DNA of 64,000 nucleotides. It comes from Oopsacas minuta. Lineage: Eukaryota > Animalia > Porifera. A program made the translations under genes and the position numbers. The stretch is taken from the NCBI GenBank assembly GCA_024704765.1, contig JAKMXF010000319.1, positions 220,303 through 284,302 of the forward strand, given 5' to 3'. The notes below the pieces were generated by a model, which did not search any database, was not told where the DNA came from, and saw nothing but the letters and a program-made list of their open reading frames with translations. Of the stretch, positions 41,001 through 53,000 are shown piece after piece (positions within the stretch are counted from its first letter, which is position 1; each line of letters starts with the position of its first letter).

Positions 41001-44000
41001 TTCCACGAACCGCCAGTTGGCCAGAGAGAGGCTCCAGTGAGGTACACATTATCTACTCCCTTGAAACGGTAGTCAAGATCCACAGGAGATCCCGTATCCT
41101 TTCCAAGCCGCATCGTGGAAGCTTCGTGTACGATGCATGGTACTCGAATCATGTCAGCCGTGGGTCGTCCTTTCGCCCAATCACCAGCCGATCCACCATG
41201 AGAGTGCCAATACTCCAATCCAGAAGGGGCCAAAATGTCGAGCATCTGGAAACTTGACTCTTCCATAGTTTCCCATACCTTATTGTCTTTACTATTGGCC
41301 ACCACTTGAAGAGTGACATTAGTGGTGACATCATCATCCTCATTCTTTCGGAACCAATTTTGATCATTATCGTAATCGAGCTCACCAAGGACAGTGCACA
41401 CAAAGATTACATGATCTGTTGATGTTAATAGCTGCTTCATTGTTGGGGCTGTAGCTACATCTGGCAAGTGACGTGTGAAATCGAAGAGATTTTCCGTGGG
41501 AGTGTTATCGTATATTGTAGAAAGTTGTATGTGAAACTGGCTAGTGGATGACAGATCTCTTCCAGCTATGTAGTTCGCTGACATCTCCATGTTTCCAAAT
41601 TTTCTATAATTGCAGAAGGTGTTAGCAGGAACTCGAGCAAAAATGGAACTGATGAAGTGGGCGGTGAATCGCTCGCCAATATTGATCATCGAAGGGAAGT
41701 CGTGTTTGGAGAAGGAATTGAGCATGAGAGTGGTGGGTGGAAGCGCACCCATGGCAAGGATGACTTTAGCATTGCCGAGAACAAAATCTCCCTTAGAAGT
41801 CTCCAAGACAACTGCTTTTCCTTCTTTGTGGTGGATCATTTTTACAACGCAATTGATGACTATTTTCATTGTCGAATCCTTGATTGAAGCTTTTTCTTGG
41901 CCCACACTCAAGCTATAGAGTTTACTCAACAAAGGTCCTGGCACTGAGAATTTCTTGAAGTTGATATTTCTACAAAAACAAATATCGCACTAAAACTATA
42001 TATACGGGTGTGAGTCAGCAAATTCTAGCAGTGAAATATGTGCACAACTTAGCACTTAATAATTCTGTGGAACTTGGTCAGTACCTTTGTCTGGAGTGGT
42101 GCATTTCCTATATTCTATAATAATCCCTATCACAACTATTCTTGCCACATTGACATCGGAAAATTTGTACTACCAAATCCCCTAATAGTCAGGGCTGGCT
42201 GTTAGTCCTGAACCATGCCAAGTCAGGTAAAAGCACAAAATTTAGTACAATGTTACTGTAGGGTGTGCTTGAACTTTTAGAAGGGGAGCCAGTCCTTCGA
42301 AGATCAGGGGTGTGATGCACAATCAGTTTTATGTGCCTCTTTGAACACATTTTGAAGGTGTTTACATGAATGTAATTCATCCAGTTTGAATCGAAACGAA
42401 TTTTAGTGTCGATATTCGTAATCACCAAAATGTTTATTTACGTCTTTTGAGTGACCACTTGTATATGTTTAGAAATATGAATTATTGAATGTAGGAAATG
42501 CACCACTTCAGATAAAGGTACTGACCAAATTTCAGGTGAATAGAATAAGAAATTGACAGAATTATTCAGTTTCGAGTTATGCTCATATTTTACTGCAGCA
42601 ATTCTCTAACTTCACACTCACTGAGTCTATTAACACCACGAAAGTAGAATACTCCCTCTTAGTTTGGACAAATACAGCAACCAAACATCATATATCCTTG
42701 CTGTAAATGTTGAATATACCATGAACTCTATATACTGGTTTGAATAGGTTGGCTTTAGGAAATTATACAATACAATCACTACAAATCACCTGTACATGTG
42801 TGCTTCAACAGCAAGTGGGGCTGGCATCCATCTTGTGATTGTTGAAATTTTGCTTGAAATATCTTTCAAGCTTTCCTGTATATCCGACTGGAGTGCCCCG
42901 TAGATAGTATCTTTACCCTGCTCTGTTTTGGAGATTTGATCAGCAGGGATTACATTGAGCAACTGTTTCACTACAGGAAAGTACTTGTGTACAACCTTTT
43001 TCGTTTCTTTCGGCCATTCCTCCATCTCTTCATCTGTAGGCTCAGGACACCAACCAGACCAAAAAGTTGACCTCCCACCAAAGAAGTTGCTCATGCCATA
43101 CTGCCATTTGATGTACTGGCCTTCATGGGTCTCCTTGCTAATCCTCCAAGGGAATGTCTCACCTATGCCATTCATTGGCATTACGAATGGAGGAGGAAGA
43201 TTCTGGAAGTGCTCTGGGTGGTAGTAGGTACCCCTTTCAATAATCATAATTTTAGCATTGGGGTTGTTTTTGAGCGCTTGATCAACAAATGCAAGTGCAC
43301 AAAATGAAGACCCAATGATAACATAGTCGAAGTTTCCTTTTCTTCGCTCGACATCCCACTCTTTATCGTTCAAGAAGAAGATATCATTCATAATATCATC
43401 TGGTCTGATGTCCTGAGGTCCAGGTACTGGGTAGCCAAATTGAGGGACTTCTCCTTGAGCCATTTTCTTTTTCCTACCAGCAATAGCTAGTGTATGGCCT
43501 GCATGAAATATTTAGTTCGTGTACATTTTGGTTTGGGCCAAATAGATAAAACTTTCTAGTCGGTTTGTACCAATTTTATAAACTGACTAAATATTTCAGG
43601 CATTTTAGTTGAGGGTAGATAAGTGGTTTCTCAGGACAGAAAACCATGGAAACAAAATGTTCGAATTTTTTCTGTCCTGGAAAACCACTTACCTATCCTC
43701 TGAGTCTATCCGGACCTAATGCTTGTTTTGTATATCACTATATTTCTAATTAGCTAAGAATTAGCCAACAGCGAGGCTTTTGTCTATTTATAGTTGGCCC
43801 GCCGCTATAGTGCAGCTAATTTTAAGCATTCAAATGAACATATCTCTGCTTACCATTATTTTTGATAGATGTTGAGAGATGTCCCCTTTATCTATACAAA
43901 TTCCATAAAGGTAAACAAAATGTTTATTATTTGCATTAATATTGCAATTTTCTGATTCTACATACCAAAAATTCATAAGATAGCCGTTGACAGCTACATT

Positions 44001-47000
44001 CTATATAAAGTGCGAAAATCTGTAGGGTTGATATGAAACCACTTATCAAAACATTTCTTCCACTCTTGATTGCTATCTCTTCGAAGGATCACTGCGAAAA
44101 GTGCCCCCTCCAGCTCCTCATTAGTTTGAAAATCTCCTTCCATGTTATTAATCTTTGATCGTTGGGAACAACCAGACGTTGTATGTGGCTAGGTCCGGAC
44201 TGTAGGGTGTGTGAGGCAGTGTTTTGAGCCCAGAATTTTCCAAAAACTCACGACTCCAGAGTGCCGTGTGGTATGATGTTTATCATGATGAAGCAGTATT
44301 CCTCTTACAGTCTTTTCACGCTCTTTATGATGATTAGAAATTTTGATTTCTCTTCAGAATATTTCTTACAAATTTTTACATATTCAACCAACAACCTTAG
44401 GACACATTATATTAATGAAATATCATTTGAAATAACACTCGGAGGCATTGGCTATACATATTCATTCAAATATCTCTGTGGTTTGAGGATATTTACATTT
44501 GAAAGTATAAATGGGGAATGGAGGGTTATCAGGAGACTCCCGACCCGACCTTCCAGTTCTACTGTATTTGATATATGAATTTATAATGAGGTATTACCCG
44601 TCATCAAACGATGCGCCGCCGCTGAAGCTATATATATTTGAAAGAAGACAGAAGTTAGCTATGTTTGTTTGTTGGTTTGTTTTATTGATAATTTATATCG
44701 TCATGATTACTAGGTGGAGATGAAATTGTATATCCGTACTTGAAGTAGATCTTACAAAGTTGAAAAAGCTTTTGAAAACATATCGATTTCACTACCAACC
44801 AATTAGTGAATGAATTCACGTGGCCTTGAGATTTGTCTATCTTGTTTAAACCTTTGACCGCCCATAATATATTGCATATCTACTTTCTAGGAATGAAGTT
44901 AATATTACAATGCATAAATGATGATGCTGAACTCCACCTAGCTTATCTAAATGTTAGACACAATCTAGCATATATATTATCCTATCAGTCATTTTGTCTG
45001 CTTACAAATATTACAGAGATGGTACTAGCATTGATATGATATGTTGCCCCATATCCTACTATAATACGGATATACATGCTGCCGAATCATGGTAAATATT
45101 AAGACTCCAGTTTATGAAGAGTCGAAATTGTATCGGCTGATAAACTGAAAATACGTGTGATATGCCATATAGAAACGTAGCATCAAAGTACATACATATG
45201 TGGTCAAAATTTGTCATCATGTGGTCGCGGAATGTGCTATTTTTAGTACAACAAATGCGAGTTTCTAAACTGTAGTAGATATTATTCTAACATTCATGAC
45301 ATTTTGTATACACTCATCTTATTCAAAATGGAAATAACTCCGAAGATATTGAATGTACGCCATTGAAATGCGTATATTACTCGTTAATAGGAAATAACAT
45401 ATTGTGGTAACACTAGTATCCACTATAGATCGTTAGGATTAATAGTGATAGAGTTCTGGCTTCAATGTATTTATCGTATTTATCAAGGAAGTAAATATAA
45501 TTCAATAAAACTTCACTAAATATATCGAACATGCTGATTCCGATTTTCACACTTTTGGATTAATCATATGTAAATTTATTGTTGTTTTTATGAATATAAA
45601 GTAAACAAATTATCCAAATCTCAAAATATACGTACAGGCTTGCTCTAAACGGCTATCCAGTGGTAACTAAGTACGCTGAATCAAAATTCGCATTTTCAAG
45701 TTCTCATATGTTTATTTATTGTTGTTTTTATGAATACAAACTAAACAAATTTCCAAATTGTGGTAGAAACATGCCTTGAATGGTTATACTGAGGTAATCG
45801 AGTATGCTGAGTCCAAATATGGTATTGTAAACAACATTTCATAAATTTGTTCATTTTGGGGACATAAAGTAAGCAGATTTAAAGATTATGACGGTATCAT
45901 GTTTACTTATTTTAAGATTATGAGTTTATGTACTCGAGGGCCGTAGGCCCGAGTGTAGACACTAAGTGTTCGCAACCGCGTAGCGCGATCAAGCGAAGTT
46001 CGCTCGTATACTTTTAATATTAGCAGTATAGATACGTACCAAGGTTGAACCGATCGAACCGAATATCAGTATTCATGAATAGCAACCTAACAAAATGCTG
46101 ATGATATTCGGCTTGGACCATCCGAATACCGAATATGAACTAACTGGTTGCAACCTTAATGCCTACATATTATATTATTAGACTAAAAAGCGAAAATGAA
46201 TTCAGTATAAAAGATTTGAAACAGAGTTTGACAGACACGCGGACACAAATTTTTATAACATAGGTAGTTGGAAAAGAAGGGTACCAAATACATTATTTCC
46301 ATGGGTTAATTAATTACAATTACGTATACACGTACACACTATGGGGAGTACGTAATTGATTGTTTTCCATAAAGTAATAAAATGATACAAATAGATGAAT
46401 AATGTGCTAATAATGAGGAAAATTCCATAATGCAGAAATATTCCGAATTTGATGAAAATATGCATTGAATGCGGCACTGGAAAAACTGGTACTAGCCGAG
46501 TATATTTTGCAAATAATCAAAAATAACCGATCGCGTAACAGATTGTGTCTAAACTAGGTAGATTTCAACTTTATCATTTATGGCATTTTGTAACTGAATA
46601 TTGTAATACAAATTTCATTCCTAGAATGTAGATAGGTGATATGGTCATATGGGCTGAGCAATAGTTTATACATACAGCAAAACTCAAGCACACACCCAGT
46701 GTTTGGTAGTGAAATCGATCTTTGCAAATGTCCTTTAACATTTGAAAGATATATTTCTCGGAATGCAATTCATCTTCCACCAAGGAATCATGACGTCATT
46801 ATCAATAAACAAATAAATAACTTGTATTAGTTTCTAAGCTGGATATTTACAAAATATTTCATCACGGTAGTTGTATCATTTGACCTTATATCATATTTAG
46901 TTCAGCTCCTATTGAAAGATTTTGTAATGAATAATGCTGTAACAATTCCTCAAATACCCCCAACCGAAATTTTTGCCTCCAAAAATACACTGGGAAAGAG

Positions 47001-50000
47001 GCAATAAAACGACAGATTAGTTAATTCTAAACCATCTAATTGGTGTATATTGAATTTTAGTTGAGTTCTATTTTTCTGGATATATAAATGGAATATATTG
47101 GAAAATATCCAGCTTAGAAACTCTGCAAAAACTTCCTAACAACATACTTTCAGTAAAATAAGATTGGGTCAGGGCCTTTGTTTGGATTAGTGTCAGGGTT
47201 GCTCCTTAGTGTTGTACGAATTTTTATGCACAGTTTGAGTTTTTGCAGTAAGACTATCATTCTATTAGTATTTCTGTTCCTTTGCATGTAACATTTTGAA
47301 AAAAAGGAATCTCTACTTTGTATTAGTCTTACACTTCGTTGCATGTAAACTGTTTCAAATATTTATGCTCATAACCGGTAGCCTAAGCTTAACCGATGGA
47401 TATATTTAGCAATGTAGTATACTCTATATTACGAGGTAAGCATAGAATGAATATGTGTGAAGCCAACAAATTTTTTTATTTTTCACATTGAGGTTTACAA
47501 GTCTCTGGTGGTCTTTCTCATGATTTTGGCATTGCCAGGCCCCGGGGCGCCCATCCTCTTTATACAATTTGTTTCTTATTCTATCTGTATATTTCAATTA
47601 TTATTTTAATTAGAATATTTCTATAGACAACATCACAAGATTCGTAATCAAATTCATTACGAAATGAGTCAGGCTAACGAGCATGAGCATTACTTCTCAG
47701 ACGATGCACAATTTGATTTTGTACCAGCTCCCCTAGAGACTGAGTACTCTACATACAATACATATGATCCTGATATGTTAGCTGCTCTACCAGAGACATC
47801 TATTTCACGTGCAGTACCCGATGATATTGCAGAAACTGTGATGTCTAGACGCAGGTATTAATAGGTATTCACTATAATTGACCATCGTACTTGGCATCTG
47901 CTACCTCGAACTCTCTAGGAAATCCAGGGAGTTATACAGTCTAGCTTTCCTCTTCTCAAATTCTCTCCTAAAAAATATTTTCATCAAAAATTATACTCCT
48001 CAAGGAGCGTCCAGCTCTCCCAGATAATTCCTTGTGGGAAATCAAATTATGTTCGAGATAACGGATGCCCCTATTTAACGTTAGGAAGTAAACCTCTCTA
48101 ATTGCCCACTAGTGTGTAATGGGGTACGGAGCGGACAATTACAGAATTAGAAATTAATAATGATTACGAGATTTATGTATGAAAAAGTGGACATTTGGAG
48201 AACCCGCCGACAATTTGAGAAGACCCACTGTACATATTAGTAGTACACATGATGGATATTGTTTTACGATTCACAGTCTGAACAATATTCTCTTGCATTT
48301 GTATCGTGTTAGGAAGTCAATGAAAGGTGATAAGTGAGCACTTGAACTGAATATATGTCTTACCAACTATTACCTATGCAAAATTCGTGCAAAATACTAC
48401 TTGCTAATGTTTGAACTCCACTATAGTAGTGAAATTCAGAGGTAACGAATGTCTACTGTATACAGTAGAACCTCGTTGATGCGTCTTTCCGGATAAGACG
48501 AACTAATATTTACACAAAATCAGGTCCCTACAATGGATTTTTAATTGATATTGCTTTGGTTAATACGTACTACGGATAAGAAGTTAAAATTTCGAAGGTC
48601 CGCTCGTGTCATGTTCGTATTAACAAGGTTCTACTGTATACGGTCAACATCCGGTAACTCGAATTTTCACTTCCCTTCACTATTACTTTATTACTTATCG
48701 CATCCGTTCACTAGAACAAATATTCGTTTTGATCACGAGAGTAAACCCCATCCTATCCAGTTCAATCGATATCTACCAATCGGGAATCTAGAATCAGTTC
48801 AATTTTATTCCCTACACGTAATTTGAAAAGTTGAGAAACACTGCATTAATGGTTAGTACGTAATCTTAATCTCTCTTCAGATATATGACAGATAGCAATG
48901 ATTTTGATGATGAAGATGAAACTATAATGAGAAAGCCAATAAAGAGACCTGGTGTTAAATCACAAGACAGCATTAATAAAGCTAAGCGAGAAGCTGAAGA
49001 GCTTGCTAGGAAGGAAAGGATCATCCGTGAGACAGAGGTACGAGTGAGAAGAGAAACAGAACAAAGGTTAGCTGTCTTCATATCAACTAGGGCCATTTTG
49101 GGTGAGCATGGCATCATATTTTCCCACCCAGACTCATGAGCCTGGTTGCCCCAATGGCTGTCTTAATTTCAAAATCGATGCACAGCGTTCCTAAACTTCA
49201 ATCTCACTGTTTGTTAGTGCAGCTCCTATAGGGAGATGCCCCAATGGCATGGACGATGTACGACGTCCGTCCGTCCTCGCGGCTGTGCGAATCAGTCCGA
49301 TTCACCTGAAATTGGTACACATATACATTTTGGAGATTCCTTATATATATATAGCTGAGCTATAGTATAGTACAGTTTTTTGCAATACAAAACCCCATTC
49401 CCTCATTCGAAAAAGAAGACTTTAGTTAATCCGAAAAATGACCTTTCCTCGAAGATAGAAAAGCGAATACACAAAACTGTACTATAGTATAGCTGAGCTA
49501 TATATATATAAGTTTTTTATACATTTTGGGTCTGAGATTTGTACCTCGGGCATGAACTTTGTCTAAAATGAATATATTACACCTTTTGGGTGATAAATCA
49601 TATTTTCACACAATGCTAGAGATTAGTTTTCAACATGTTATCAGGTGTAATTGTGTGCGTAGGGTCCGATTTTGAGATTTTGAGAGTCTGAAAGTTACAA
49701 ATTCATGGATTTATCATATAATTAATCATATTTTCACACCTTTTGGTAATATTCCAAAATGATGCTTGAGATTTCGTTTCTACTGCTAGTTAGTGTAATC
49801 TAGCATGTGGACCTCAAATTTCAGATTTTCAAATTCACATCTAAATGATTTTTCATATGATTAATCCTATTTCACACCTTTTTGTTTATTATTCAAAATG
49901 CTGCTATAAATTTCGGTTCAACTCTTAGTCTGGGTTAATCAAGTACGATATATATTCCAATTTTGACATTTCAAATCTCTCACTCAGTGATTAATCATAT

Positions 50001-53000
50001 TATTAATCATATTTTCACACCTTTTGCACATATTTCAAATTGATGCTAGAGATTTCGTTTCAAAAGTTAGACAGGTGTTAATTGCAGGTTAATTATTCGG
50101 AATATTATCGATTGAATTTGAGGATAAAACATGAAATACAGTAGGTGACAAGTAAAATTCACTATCCTGTCATATTTCTCAGATCCAGGAGCCCATAATC
50201 TGTCGGGCTCTTGTGTATTTAGGTATCTACATGGGGTGGTCAGCGTGGGCGTGCTCCCCCTGAAAAGAACAAAACAAATAATCCTGAGCTGTACAACTAG
50301 TCTGTTGGCTGGACTCTTTTAATTTCTCCGTTGTTGGGGGAAGGATTTACTGAATGCCATGCTATTTGAATTCGAATTTGGCGTTTCGAAGATGTAGTAT
50401 ATATATATATATCGTGTTTATACATATTTTAAGTAGAATTAAATCAAACTTGATTAAATACAGCATGTTGCTTTTCAAATATGTTATGGGTCACCAATCA
50501 TGCCCATAATCCACACAGGTTTGTATTATAACCTACGGTCCTAAAAGTATTCGAAAGTTGAAATTCAACTCAGCTTGTTCGTCAAAAGACGCTCAAGCAG
50601 CAAAATTGTAAGATAAATTCCAATCTTGATACTGGTAGGACCTTAGTACATATTCCGAATTGGTCTTAAGGCAATTTCCGAAATGTAATAAGTCAAAATC
50701 CGACCTTACCCTTGGGGCAAATTCAGCTTATCCTCGAATATTTAATAGGATGAAAGATGAAACCGAATTAGAGCAACAGAAGCAACAAGAAACTATAGAA
50801 AGAGAGCTCATGACGAATGAAAACCGAAACCAAATGAAATTTGAGGAATTGGAAAGAATCAAAGAGGAAACTGAAGAAAGGGTTCGTTCGTTGCAAATAC
50901 TATGCATTATAGATAGCACGATATACTAACTTTGACACTAAAGAGTAAACGTCTTTTTCCAAGTTTAGAGTACTTATTGCCGAAACTTTTTGGGTATTTT
51001 AATCCGCTTTTGCTTGCTTGCTCCCTCCACGACTAAATATACTCAGCACTACATGCCTTGAATTTTAGTACCAAATATTAACCATGGCCTATCGAAGATA
51101 ATAATTATCGCTTCTTGTGGTGACACTGGAGCTGCTATGCAGCATTTGGTATTGATTTCTGTACTTAGTGCCTCGAAGATTGAGAAATTCTCAAAATTAT
51201 AGATTTTTGTAAATTTTTTCTACAATTGTATCGTGATTACGTGATGATTCCGTGATGAGTATAAATTGGGTCAAAAGTGTTTCGTAAAATATATTATATG
51301 GAGGGTACCAGTGATTCTAATTCGAATTATCCGCCAGGACATTTCCAACTATTATAATGTTCCAATTATAAGTTCATCCAACAATCAAAACTAAAATATT
51401 AATTAACACTAATTATTCATAGGTCCGCAGAGAAGTAGAAGAAGAATACCGCTATAGAGAAGATGAATTGTTGAGAGAACAAGAAGAGAGAAATAAATCT
51501 AAACTAGAAAATATAATCATTCAACGCAAGAGGGAAGAACAAGCTCATCAGTCGAGCATTGAAGATGCCAGACGTGACATTGAACAGAAAATTAAATCTG
51601 ATGCGAAGCTAAAGTTTGAAAGCGAATCAGATGAGATTTTGAGACGGATTAAGGATGAGCATGACCAAAGGTTGTTCCTTAGATTTTGCCCTAACCCTTA
51701 TTATTACTATTTAGTGTGATCCCTTATTGGCATGATTTTCAAATAATAATCCTCCTTTGCCCGCCGATTTTCTTTAAATCCCATAGTTGGCAACTGTTTT
51801 TCAAAATTTCCTTAGAAATTGGTCAAAATGTTACCCGGTTGTCCCAAAATTTTATTAGTACTTCCTGTTGAAATTTAAGTCCTGGTGAACTATGTTTGAA
51901 GGTGGCAGTAAATATAGCGGAAGGATATTTGGTATTATTCTAATCGGTATTTCATAGAGATTGAGAATTTTGTGTCTACAGCCTAAATCCTTCCCAGAAA
52001 ATTTGGAGGCTCTGGAGAGATCCTGTAAAATCGTGTTTGGAAAGCATTTAGAGCATTGGTTCTCAACCTTTTTTCTTCCGCGGATCCCAGGTTGAGAAAC
52101 ACTGATTTAGAGGGTCGGCGTCGAACAAGGGTTCACCCGATGGGCTCAAGATAAAATTTCTTAACGTAATGTTGGCACAACCTTTAGATAATCCTGAATT
52201 GTTGGAAAATATTCAAAAATGGTCATCCCTTTAGAAATATCTCTCTATGTCTCTATTATTCTTTTAAAAAGTGAATATATTTGCGCGCTTTCTTGCTAAT
52301 TCGCTCCACTGCGTGTTCCTGGCCTGAAGTATATCTGTCTACCTGTATTCAGTGGAAACCGCATATCCGCAACTTTTTCATAAACACGAAGTGTAGTTTG
52401 CATAATAGCATAATCCGCGTATTAAATATGATTTGCTAATAGACGGTTTCCATTGTACATTGTTGAATTGGGATATTCCTTTTGTAGGGAGCAAGAAGCT
52501 AATGAAGGATTAGAAGCATCTCGTAAACGTCACCAAGAGGAACTAGAATCACTAAAACTAGATGCTGAAACACAAGCCAAAAGACAAGTTGAGAGACAAA
52601 CTAGAAAAAAGATAGAGGAAGAGAGGAAGAAGTTAGACGCTGAAGCTGAAGTAAGTAAATATGTTGTATTTCTGGCAATTTTGGAATTTACCTTCACGCG
52701 TATTTTCATCCCGTTTTTTATCGATTTTACCTACTTTGGAAATGTCTCATCGACTTTCATATTTTCTGTAATATTGCTATCATTATAGGATATAAGTGGT
52801 GGTAAGTTCAGGACAAAATTAATATGGAAAACTTTGCCTGAATTACAGACCAAACACTTCAGCTTTAAGCACCGGCCGGTCAGCCCACATACATCATTCT
52901 GTCGGCCGACACCACTATACTATCACAAATTGTAATATATTGGATATACATCCGAGATTGGGATTAAATTACACATTTCAAATCTATATCTACGTATATG

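Larger units (their letters stand above)
40769..45047. repeat. Tandem segmental duplication unit 2
   Basis: Collinear with 32809-38829. Confidence 0.92.

Noticed and set aside
34367-43307. Conserved overlapping ORFs on or opposite the GMC genes (e.g. 34828-35136 / 41610-41918, 36187-36456 / 42955-43224)
   Set aside because: They are shadow frames whose identity simply reflects the recent duplication.
6521-43463. Bacterial contamination or a prokaryotic operon as the source of the oxidase genes
   Set aside because: The genes are interleaved with spliced animal genes and host transposons and are spaced kilobases apart on both strands. The GMC genes carry GT-AG introns.
38130-44723. Paired ORFs 38130-38502 and 44261-44723
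   Set aside because: They lie in duplicated non-coding or mariner-fossil sequence, have non-ATG or inconsistent starts, and show no motifs.
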